Below the pieces are notes generated by a model that saw only the letters and a program-made list of their open reading frames with translations, was not told the DNA's origin and searched no databases. Position numbers and translations under genes: made by a program. A DNA stretch of 63,933 nt, filler included, from Planctomycetota bacterium (GTDB lineage Bacteria; Planctomycetota; Planctomycetia; JALXBF01), in assembly GCA_026991575.1 (NCBI GenBank). It is 7 parts of 7 records of this genome, joined end to end, with 100 filler letters (N's around TTAATTAATTAA, not from the genome) between each part and the next. Parts side by side here need not be neighbours in the genome. Positions count along the whole stretch, not along the records: positions 31,041 to 44,035 come from JALXBF010000148.1; positions 44,136 to 57,060 come from JALXBF010000149.1; 5 more parts are not named here. One strand, given 5' to 3'. Positions 42,000 to 50,563 of the stretch are shown here, piece by piece; the stretch's first letter is position 1; every line of letters starts with the position of its first letter.

Positions 42000-44033
42000 T
42001 CATGGCTCAAGTTGTCTTAGCCAGCGACCGTCTCGTTCGAGCAACTCGCGCCGTAAGGCGGCCCGGATTGCCCCTTTTATGGTCCACTCGACGTCCTCGT
42101 CCACGCGGTCAAAGCCAAGTTTGTGCGCCACCTGCTTGATGACGTCGTCCTGGTGCTTCCAGTACGGGCCGGCGCATTCCACCACGAAGTCCACCAGCCA
42201 GTCGTAGTGGTAGCGGTAATCGAAGATCGATTTCGTACAGAGGAAAACACGCTCGTCCTCGTCCACCGAGATGATCTTCCGCTCGGCAGCTGTTCGGATT
42301 GTCCGGTCCAGCACCTTCGCTTGCGCGGCGGTAAAGTTGCAGACCCTCAGCGCCTCGGCCAGCATGATGCGCAGGGCGGTCGTTGTCGCTTCCCCCTGGG
42401 GCGTGGCGCTCGTCGCCACCTGTCGTACCGCGACCATCAGTTCACCCTCGGTGTACGGCAGTGGAGGAACTCCGCGCATCGCGACGTAGCCGTTCCGCCT
42501 GGGCGCGATGCACCACAACGGGATCAGGCGTTCGATCGTCTCGTCCAGAATCCTGGCCATCTTCTGGCCTACGCGCCGAAACCCGAGCCATGCCGCCGCA
42601 GCTTTCAGGAGTTCTTCATGCCCGTGGTTGCCGGCTGCTGCCGCGCGGTACACGGCCTGCGCAAGCGCGTCGCGCTGGTAGTTGTCGTAGTCATCGATGG
42701 ACAAGCACCACGCCTCGTAACTGGACCCGTTGCGCACGAGGAGTCGGCGGCGGACGGCCAGTTGGATGGCCCGACGCACCGCCTCACGGGCGGACGAGGG
42801 AAGCCCCGCTTTCTGCAGAACCGCATCGGTCAGTTCGTCCCGCGTCCACTGCGTGTCGCGCGTCCATTCCATCAGGACCGAGCGGATCACCGGAAGAAGC
42901 TGTTCGGGGTCAACCTGTGCGTCATCGCTCGTCCGTTCAGGGCTTGCCCGTGGTCGCTTCGCGGAGTGCTCGGGCTGATCCTCATCCGCAGCGCCGAACG
43001 GGAGTGTGCCGGTGGTTCCTTCCGCTTTCCGGCGTCGGCGTCTTTTTCTGGGGGAACTGGGCGTCGGGTCTGGCTGGGGCGCGGGCTGGACAAGGTCGCG
43101 GTACTCGGTGCGGCGGCCGGCGAAGCGAGGTTTGAGCCGTTCGTAGGCTTCGAGCACCAGGCGTCGGGTGCGGTATTCGCCGTAGCGTTTCAGTTCCTTG
43201 TCACGCAGCACACGGAACGTTTCTCCCGGGAACCGGCTCGTTTCGCGCCGCTCTCGATAGCCCTCCTCATCCAGCGGATCCTGCACCTCTTCGTCGGGGT
43301 CGAGGATGTCTTTAAGTTCGGCTTCCGTGAGGTCGGCCGGATCGAGAATGTAGCGGAGCTGCTTGCGGGTCAGGCCGTAGAGCAGCGCGTAGTACGCGTC
43401 CAGCTCCGCCTGCAGTCGTGCCCGTCGCTCCTCGGACCACTTGAAGGGGGGCAAGGGAATGCCTTTTGACCGATCGGTCTCGATTTCCGGGTAGGCGTCA
43501 ATCCAGTCCGGCAACTCCCACCGGTGCCCGCCGGTCTCCGCTTTGTTTTCCTCCCACTGTTTCCGGATGGCCTGCTGCAAATCCGCATCCGCATCCCGCC
43601 ACACATCATCCGCAAACGGCTTCATGTCCCACGCAGTGTAGGTGAGCTCGAGAGCATGTGGGACGATGAAAGTGGTGTCCTCTGCTGCGTACCCTTCGAG
43701 CGGCAGTACGGGAAACTGTTTGGCTGTAAAGAACTTAAGGTGTGTGCCAGACACCTTCTGGCGGACCACGTAGTCGTGTACTATCGCCGACCAGTTACCG
43801 GCGAACAGTAAGCACGTACTGCTGGGCGTTGGCGCCAACGCCAAGAGACACGTGTCACCAACGCCTGATAGGGGAATCGCGCCAAAAATCGCGGTCCGCT
43901 CATCCGTACACCGCGCGATGTCTCGCCAGCACATCAGCCAACGGCGGCGCCAATCGCCCAGCCGCTGCTCAACCTCCTCGGCGTCGACCCAGTACCACGG
44001 CTGGACGAGGAATGCGGGGTCCGCGTGGTCGGC
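42000..44033 (-). CDS. C-terminal part of a type IIG/Eco57I-like DNA methyltransferase with a winged-helix-like extension (5' partial)
   Basis: PWYWV, WRDIARCTDERTAI, DYVVRQK, ELTYTAWDM, AELDA.YA.LYGL and ETFRVLRDKE..YGEYRTRRLVLEAY. The frame is open to the contig edge; the catalytic NPPY motif is not in the window. Confidence 0.8.
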   Translation of the reverse strand, partial: ADHADPAFLVQPWYWVDAEEVEQRLGDWRRRWLMCWRDIARCTDERTAIFGAIPLSGVGDTCLLALAPTPSSTCLLFAGNWSAIVHDYVVRQKVSGTHLKFFTAKQFPVLPLEGYAAEDTTFIVPHALELTYTAWDMKPFADDVWRDADADLQQAIRKQWEENKAETGGHRWELPDWIDAYPEIETDRSKGIPLPPFKWSEERRARLQAELDAYYALLYGLTRKQLRYILDPADLTEAELKDILDPDEEVQDPLDEEGYRERRETSRFPGETFRVLRDKELKRYGEYRTRRLVLEAYERLKPRFAGRRTEYRDLVQPAPQPDPTPSSPRKRRRRRKAEGTTGTLPFGAADEDQPEHSAKRPRASPERTSDDAQVDPEQLLPVIRSVLMEWTRDTQWTRDELTDAVLQKAGLPSSAREAVRRAIQLAVRRRLLVRNGSSYEAWCLSIDDYDNYQRDALAQAVYRAAAAGNHGHEELLKAAAAWLGFRRVGQKMARILDETIERLIPLWCIAPRRNGYVAMRGVPPLPYTEGELMVAVRQVATSATPQGEATTTALRIMLAEALRVCNFTAAQAKVLDRTIRTAAERKIISVDEDERVFLCTKSIFDYRYHYDWLVDFVVECAGPYWKHQDDVIKQVAHKLGFDRVDEDVEWTIKGAIRAALRRELLERDGRWLRQLEP

Positions 44034-44506
44034 TTNNNNNNNNNNNNNNNNNNNNNNNNNNNNNNNNNNNNNNNNNNNNTTAATTAATTAANNNNNNNNN
44101 NNNNNNNNNNNNNNNNNNNNNNNNNNNNNNNNNNNCCAATTGCCTCCCCGCCGTACCATGCCTACGCAGCAAACGCAGCCAATCCTGTCCGACAAGCGCC
44201 GCGCGCGCGGCGCGCGCAGCCCCATATTTCCCGACTAACGTCGTCACAGCGTTCACCATAAGACGTTATCGCACAATGACATGTTTCCACACCTCACACC
44301 CGCCGGCCGCTTTGGCACGGCATGTGCCATAAGCACTCACCATCACAACCACCAACCCCGCCCCACGCCCGCCTGTGCACCGGGCGCGGGAACAGAGCCG
44401 CCTGCGGCCGGCCAACCGTAGCCACCGCTGCACGCACCAGGTCGCCAGCAGGAACCTGCGATACGGCTACAAGTCACTGTCACAAGACAACCGACGGTGG
44501 CGGACG

Positions 44507-45499
44507 ATGGGCATGCATGACAAAGCGTACAGACAGTTGTTCGCCAACCACGAAGTGGTCATGGAACTGCTGTCGGTCCTCTTCCGCTTCCTGTGGGACC
44601 GGCCGGTACAGATTCGGAACCTGTATCGCGCAGCGGAAGGCCATGTGAGTCGGCGTGCGGACCGATCGCGTCTGGCGGACCTGGTGTGGGTTGCGGAGGT
44701 GGAGGGCCGGTACGTGGTGGTGGTGCTTGAATTCACCCGCACCGTGGAGCAGGACATGCTGGGTCGCATGATGGAGTACATGGCGCTGGCGTGGCGGTCG
44801 GTGAGGCGGGAACTGTTGTCGCGTGGGGTGCCGGCGGTGCCGTTGGTGGTCGGGGTGGTGATTTACAATGGAGAGGAGCGTTGGACGGCGGCGGAGTGGA
44901 TTGGGGAAAGATGGCGGGGCCCCAGCATTGGGTACGTCCGGATAGACGTCTGGCACGACCCGCTGGAGCGGTGGGCGGACTGTCCGCTGATCAGCTATGC
45001 GTTTCGGCTGCAGCGGGAGCAGGATGCGGAGCGGGTCGTCGAGTTGCTGCGGGAGTTGGCGGCGCACCTGCGGGCACATGGTTTGGCTCATCTGGAGCCT
45101 TCGTTTGCGTACTTTGCGGGGGCTGTGGTGTTGGGTGGGGAGTTAACTGAGGAGGAGTTATCAGCCATGTCGAAGATCGAAGAGGTCAACACTCGGTTGG
45201 AACAGCTCAAGGAACGATGTCGACAGCAAGGGTTTGAAGAGGGCCGTGAGCGAGGATTTGAAGAAGGGCGCCAGCAGGGCTTTGAGGAAGGGCGTGAGCA
45301 AGGGCTTAAGGAGGGACGTGTACAGGGGCTCGCAGAGGGCCAGCGATCGGCATTGCTGGCGGTTTTGGAAGCACGTTTTGCGCCGCTACCCCAGTGGGCA
45401 CGTGAGCGGGTCGAGCAGGCAGGCAGCGAAGAACTAAACGCCTGGATCCGTCGCGCGGCAACGGCCGAGTCCCTCGAACGGGTCTTCCAGGACGACTGA
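44507..45499 (+). CDS. Rpn family (YhgA-like) PD-(D/E)XK nuclease/putative transposase, copy 1
   Basis: HDKAYRQLF, ADLVW...VVLEF, VIYNGEERW, EEG/QQG heptad-like repeats and a DUF4351-like tail. Confidence 0.85.
   Translation: MGMHDKAYRQLFANHEVVMELLSVLFRFLWDRPVQIRNLYRAAEGHVSRRADRSRLADLVWVAEVEGRYVVVVLEFTRTVEQDMLGRMMEYMALAWRSVRRELLSRGVPAVPLVVGVVIYNGEERWTAAEWIGERWRGPSIGYVRIDVWHDPLERWADCPLISYAFRLQREQDAERVVELLRELAAHLRAHGLAHLEPSFAYFAGAVVLGGELTEEELSAMSKIEEVNTRLEQLKERCRQQGFEEGRERGFEEGRQQGFEEGREQGLKEGRVQGLAEGQRSALLAVLEARFAPLPQWARERVEQAGSEELNAWIRRAATAESLERVFQDD
45167..45499 (+). CDS. Putative in-frame short Rpn product (RpnS-like antitoxin, 110 aa)
   Basis: GAGGAGGAG ends 9 nt upstream of the in-frame ATG (MSKIEEV). 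Confidence 0.5.
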   Translation: MSKIEEVNTRLEQLKERCRQQGFEEGRERGFEEGRQQGFEEGREQGLKEGRVQGLAEGQRSALLAVLEARFAPLPQWARERVEQAGSEELNAWIRRAATAESLERVFQDD

Positions 45500-45704
45500 A
45501 ACACCTGTGCCCCACAGCTCCAGATGCCTGCTGGCCAGCCGGGCACATCGTCCGCTCGCGGGTGATGTCTCGCCTCTTCCCCCCACTCTATCAGCCGGTT
45601 GTTCGCAGTGTGTGGAAGCCATAGACGGAAGGACACCTTCGCCACGTCCGTGGAGCAATTCGTGAACTCAATGGCCGATGGATTGGGCCGCTTGCTCGAC
45701 CGGG

Positions 45705-46110
45705 ATGGGGGTTGCACGCCCCGGTTGCCCGGAGCCAGCCCCCTCCGAACCGGACGCACGGTTCTCCCGCAGTCGGCACCACAGCCGGCGGCCTCAGCGG
45801 AATCTGTTCACCCACGCCGACGGCTCAAGCGAATCGCAGCACCCGAGCCGCGGGCGGGATCGATCCTGCCCGCGGCTCGCCGGCGAAGGAACTTCTTGGG
45901 ATGCGCCGGCGCTACCCATCAGCCTTGCGGCAGGGGAGCATAAAGCCCCCCTGCCGCCCATTCACGCAAGCTGCTGGGTTGATTCACCCATCCCCTCGGC
46001 GGAGCCGTTGCTCTCGACGCCCCCTCGCAGGCACGCAGTTATCCTCGGCTACAAGATCCCCGCCAAACCCCGGCGAGGACTTGCACCTCGCTGAGCGGGC
46101 GTTCGACGCA
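45705..46110 (-). mobile_element. Degenerate ~400-nt mini group II intron derivative
   Basis: 5' domain I-like CAGCGAGGTGCAAGTCCTCG...TAGCCGAGGATAACTGCG; domain V-like GCCGACTGCGGGAGAACCGTGCGTCCGGTTCGGAGGGGG; end CCCCCAT. Confidence 0.7.
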
Positions 46111-46864
46111 GAAGCGGGGGGCCAGAACGCCCCCTCTTGCCGGCCTGAAGCAGCCTGCTCGTCCATTCCAAGCAGGTTGGCCCTCGCTTGAAGCACTCTG
46201 CGCGGTCCGCCGGACGCCCGCGTCTCCCGCCACCAACATTACACCGGGCGCAACGCAGCCGATCGCTCGAGGCCAGGCCCAGCTGGTCACCCGCCACCCC
46301 GGCACCGTGCAAAGAGGAAGGCAAACACCTCCCTCACGCCCGGCGCACTGTAAAACTGACCTCTTTCGTCGCGTGCGTCCGTATCCCCCGCGGGCTTAGA
46401 TCCTCGCCAACGGGTCTCACGCAGTGGGCAGCGGCCGGTCCAAACGACCGGCCGAACAAAATTGGGGCCGAGCAAAACGATCTGCCCAACAGCCCAATTG
46501 CCTCCCCGCCGTACCATGCCTACGCAGCAAACGCAGCCAATCCTGTCCGACAAGCGCCGCGCGCGCGGCGCGCGCAGCCCCATATTTCCCGACTAACGTC
46601 GTCACAGCGTTCACCATAAGACGTTATCGCACAATGACATGTTTCCACACCTCACACCCGCCGGCCGCTTTGGCACGGCATGTGCCATAAGCACTCACCA
46701 TCACAACCACCAACCCCGCCCCACGCCCGCCTGTGCACCGGGCGCGGGAACAGAGCCGCCTGCGGCCGGCCAACCGTAGCCACCGCTGCACGCACCAGGT
46801 CGCCAGCAGGAACCTGCGATACGGCTACAAGTCACTGTCACAAGACAACCGACGGTGGCGGACG

Positions 46865-47857
46865 ATGGGCATGCATGACAAAGCGTACAGACAGTTGTTC
46901 GCCAACCACGAAGTGGTCATGGAACTGCTGTCGGTCCTCTTCCGCTTCCTGTGGGACCGGCCGGTACAGATTCGGAACCTGTATCGCGCAGCGGAAGGCC
47001 ATGTGAGTCGGCGTGCGGACCGATCGCGTCTGGCGGACCTGGTGTGGGTTGCGGAGGTGGAGGGCCGGTACGTGGTGGTGGTGCTTGAATTCACCCGCAC
47101 CGTGGAGCAGGACATGCTGGGTCGCATGATGGAGTACATGGCGCTGGCGTGGCGGTCGGTGAGGCGGGAACTGTTGTCGCGTGGGGTGCCGGCGGTGCCG
47201 TTGGTGGTCGGGGTGGTGATTTACAATGGAGAGGAGCGTTGGACGGCGGCGGAGTGGATTGGGGAAAGATGGCGGGGCCCCAGCATTGGGTACGTCCGGA
47301 TAGACGTCTGGCACGACCCGCTGGAGCGGTGGGCGGACTGTCCGCTGATCAGCTATGCGTTTCGGCTGCAGCGGGAGCAGGATGCGGAGCGGGTCGTCGA
47401 GTTGCTGCGGGAGTTGGCGGCGCACCTGCGGGCACATGGTTTGGCTCATCTGGAGCCTTCGTTTGCGTACTTTGCGGGGGCTGTGGTGTTGGGTGGGGAG
47501 TTAACTGAGGAGGAGTTATCAGCCATGTCGAAGATCGAAGAGGTCAACACTCGGTTGGAACAGCTCAAGGAACGATGTCGACAGCAAGGGTTTGAAGAGG
47601 GCCGTGAGCGAGGATTTGAAGAAGGGCGCCAGCAGGGCTTTGAGGAAGGGCGTGAGCAAGGGCTTAAGGAGGGACGTGTACAGGGGCTCGCAGAGGGCCA
47701 GCGATCGGCATTGCTGGCGGTTTTGGAAGCACGTTTTGCGCCGCTACCCCAGTGGGCACGTGAGCGGGTCGAGCAGGCAGGCAGCGAAGAACTAAACGCC
47801 TGGATCCGTCGCGCGGCAACGGCCGAGTCCCTCGAACGGGTCTTCCAGGACGACTGA
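46865..47857 (+). CDS. Rpn family PD-(D/E)XK nuclease/putative transposase, copy 2
   Basis: Translation identical to copy 1; internal Shine-Dalgarno/ATG at 47525. Confidence 0.85.
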   Translation: MGMHDKAYRQLFANHEVVMELLSVLFRFLWDRPVQIRNLYRAAEGHVSRRADRSRLADLVWVAEVEGRYVVVVLEFTRTVEQDMLGRMMEYMALAWRSVRRELLSRGVPAVPLVVGVVIYNGEERWTAAEWIGERWRGPSIGYVRIDVWHDPLERWADCPLISYAFRLQREQDAERVVELLRELAAHLRAHGLAHLEPSFAYFAGAVVLGGELTEEELSAMSKIEEVNTRLEQLKERCRQQGFEEGRERGFEEGRQQGFEEGREQGLKEGRVQGLAEGQRSALLAVLEARFAPLPQWARERVEQAGSEELNAWIRRAATAESLERVFQDD

Positions 47858-48062
47858 AACACCTGTGCCCCACAGCTCCAGATGCCTGCTGGCCAGCCGG
47901 GCACATCGTCCGCTCGCGGGTGATGTCTCGCTTCTTGCCCCCACTCTATCAGCCGGTTGTTCGCAGTGTGTGCAAGCCATAGACGGAAGGACACGTTCAC
48001 CACGTCCGTGGAGCAACTCGTGAACTCAATGGCCGATGGATTGGGCCGCTTGCTCGACCGGG

Positions 48063-48185
48063 ATGGGGGTTGCACGCCCCGGTTGCCCGGAGCCAGCTCC
48101 CTCCGAACCGGACGCATGGTTCTCCCGCAGTCGGCACCACAGCCGGCGGCCTCAGCGAAATCTGTTCACGCACGCCGACGGCTCA
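48063..48185 (-). mobile_element. Group II intron domain V/VI remnant (second copy)
   Basis: Duplicate of 45705-45827; the 5' part is missing. Confidence 0.65.
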
Positions 48186-48269
48186 GCGGTGCGACAAGCC
48201 ATGTGATGGTGATCTAAAGATTGACCAGGTCCATGCGTGTTCTTAATGATGGAGCGCGGGGAGCAGCCC

Positions 48270-48562
48270 ATGATCGTGCGCGAGCGATGGACGCTACTCG
48301 CTGCAACCATTTCTCTGCTGGTGGCCGCCGCTTCGGCCACAGCGCAAGATGCACGTGCCATTCCGCAAGACGTGGACGAGCTGCTCGAGACGCTCCGGTC
48401 AGTTCAGGAGCTGTAGAGGTATCCACCACCTCCCGGCCTCTGGTTGGCCCGCACCCGTGGCGGCTGTGGCTGGGGCTGGCCGTCCTCTGTACCACGCCTG
48501 CCTTGATCCTCTTCCACGCCCGCCACTGCGCACGCGGTCGGAGCAGTCTCATAGGGCATTAG
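48270..48562 (+). pseudogene. Internally deleted exported-protein gene (signal peptide joined to C-terminal TM anchor)
   Basis: MIVRERWTLLAATISLLVAAASATAQDARAIPQDVDELLETLRSVQEL* (48270-48416), followed in another frame by PHPWRLWLGLAVLCTTPALILFHARH. Confidence 0.5.
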
Positions 48563-48846
48563 CCCGCAGCCCAGGCGAGCGGCGGCTACCGTACGAAGGC
48601 ACGAGCATGTGGGAGCACCGTGTGTTGCACACGTCGGCTTCCACTCGGCAACATACGCCGGCCGCAATGTTTCTCGGTCCGTATCTCAACTCCCTCGTCA
48701 CTCCATGAATCCGGAAGGCTGACGAGTTGGAGTTACTCAGTAGAGGCACGCCTCGTGTTGCCACCGCCATCAACAGGCAGACAGGAAAGCGTTATTTCCG
48801 GGCGTTGACACCGACGGTACGCTCACCGTGCGGCCTCTGCCGTGCC

Positions 48847-49959
48847 TCACGAGTCACCGGTCCCGCCGCTGCCCCCAGGGCCAAGCTCATCGATGACACC
48901 CGGTGCTTCGAAGCACCACAGCCGGTTACTGTCGAAATCGACATTCTCGAAGTTGGACCAGCTGAGCAGCATCTGGTCTACCAGACCAGCCAGAAGGCCA
49001 TCGCCTGCCCCGCTCTGACCGTTGAGCGTCAATGTGTCACCTAGCGTCGTGTTGTAAATGCCCACGGTGTCGTCGCCGCCGCCCATAAGAACTGTGCCGC
49101 CGCCGAGGACCTCGGAATCGTTCACGATGAACGTGTCGTGCCCGGGCCCGCCGGCGGCGTTGACCATGCCGTCGACTTCGGCACGAAGCACATCAAGGCA
49201 ATCGTCCCCTGTGCCCCCGTACAGCTGCAGGTCCGCGCCGACGTAGCTGTCGCGGACTTTGACACGGTCGTCGCCTGCGCCACCGACAATGCGCAAGCTA
49301 CTGTCGAACTGGCTTCGGAGAATGCTGAAAGCATCCGCGCCTGTGCTGCCAACGAACCTCGCCTTGCCCATTACCTCGACCTGATCAACCATCACCGCAT
49401 CACTTCCCACGCGGCCGTTGACAAGAAGCCTTCCTTCGACCTGGGACTGGCGTAGCCTCACCTCGTCGTCGCCACCGCCCGCAACCACCCTCATGTTGCC
49501 TTCGATCTGTGTCCGCGACATCTGCACCCAGTCAGCTCCCGCACCGCTACTCACAGCCACGGCGTAGTTCTTGGGTGACTCATCAGTTCCAACCGTCGAA
49601 TCCTGAATCCGGATCCGATCGTCCCCTCGGTGGGTACGGATGCGCACGGACTCGACCGTGCCGCCCACAAACTTCAGGAATACATCGTCGTCCCCCCCGT
49701 AGGTATCAATGATGATCTTCTTCGTGTCGGGGCTGGTCGGTGGAGTACAGCCACCGAACAAGCCAACCTGGGGAATCTTGTAGGTAGCGCAGACTTCACC
49801 AGCTGCCGTTGCGAAAACGTCGATCTCGTCGTCTCCTCCCGTCCCGTGGATGATCAGCGAGTCATCGCTGAACGTGATCGTTGGCTCGGTAGCATGGCTG
49901 AGCAGTTCGCGGCGCTCGAGCAGCTCGACGGTTAACCGCAGCGGCGACTTGGTGCGCAT
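48847..49959 (-). CDS. Planctomycete extracellular protein with RTX-like GGxGxD repeats
   Basis: N-terminal LTVELLERRELLS export motif; repeated GG.G.D.V beta-roll-like units. Confidence 0.8.
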   Translation of the reverse strand: MRTKSPLRLTVELLERRELLSHATEPTITFSDDSLIIHGTGGDDEIDVFATAAGEVCATYKIPQVGLFGGCTPPTSPDTKKIIIDTYGGDDDVFLKFVGGTVESVRIRTHRGDDRIRIQDSTVGTDESPKNYAVAVSSGAGADWVQMSRTQIEGNMRVVAGGGDDEVRLRQSQVEGRLLVNGRVGSDAVMVDQVEVMGKARFVGSTGADAFSILRSQFDSSLRIVGGAGDDRVKVRDSYVGADLQLYGGTGDDCLDVLRAEVDGMVNAAGGPGHDTFIVNDSEVLGGGTVLMGGGDDTVGIYNTTLGDTLTLNGQSGAGDGLLAGLVDQMLLSWSNFENVDFDSNRLWCFEAPGVIDELGPGGSGGTGDS

Positions 49960-50563
49960 CGGTCGTCCTCCCCGACGGTTGAGAGTCGCGGTTAGATTGC
50001 CCGTTCGGCAAAGATGTGCTGAGTTTACCGGCTGTTGGAGTCTTTGTCAACAGAATTCTCTTAACGCGGACGCATATCAGCAACTGCCGCATCCAACGAG
50101 GAAGCGCAGCACGGCTGACGTATCGATCGCAATCGCTCGCACGAGAAAACAAGCCCGAAGGATCAGAACACGCCGCCTGGCGAGCGGATTCACCACCGGC
50201 CGGCACTGGCTCCGCCCGCTGAGACCAACCGCTGGGCCAGACCTTCGGTAACCGGGCCGATGGCCGAGCTTTAGCAATGAACAGCTAGTCCGCGGAGATC
50301 GCGATATCGGGATCATCTCGCGTGGCAATCGTACTATACTGTGCGCGTGCATGGGATCCTGGTGCAGGCGTGATTTGAATTCGAATCCAATCTCCGCGAA
50401 TGCCCTACAGGCCCGGATCGGCCCGGGCGGGCTGTTGCGTAGCGGGAAGAGCGATAGAACTGGACGATGGGCCGACCGGAAATGGCATTCCGACGGTCGG
50501 AAGTGTGGCCCGTGCAGGGGCTGAAACATGGTGTCTTCTAAGTCATGAGCCGCGAGGCGAACG

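Larger units (their letters stand above)
44136..48185 (+). repeat. Direct duplication with 2358-bp offset (44136-45827 vs 46494-48185)
   Basis: The ORF track shows identical 374-aa translations; about 10 substitutions, all downstream of the gene. Confidence 0.95.

Noticed and set aside
33821..43469. Long plus-strand ORFs (e.g. 33821-35059, 40502-41407, 42123-43469)
   Set aside because: Antisense shadows of real genes in high-GC DNA.
45230..45340. Short 24-bp-period repeats
   Set aside because: These are the coding EEG/QQG repeats normal for Rpn proteins.
42000..45499. Apparent defence island joining the MTase-helicase cassette to the Rpn genes
   Set aside because: They are on different contigs that appear ordered by length; linkage is unsupported.
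44136..48185. Diversity-generating retroelement (TR/VR) explanation for the duplication
   Set aside because: No reverse transcriptase is present, and the differences are not adenine-specific and lie outside the gene.
50370..50510. Palindrome ATTCGAAT and an imperfect hairpin upstream of the BNR gene
   Set aside because: Too short or imperfect to call a riboswitch or operator without comparative data.
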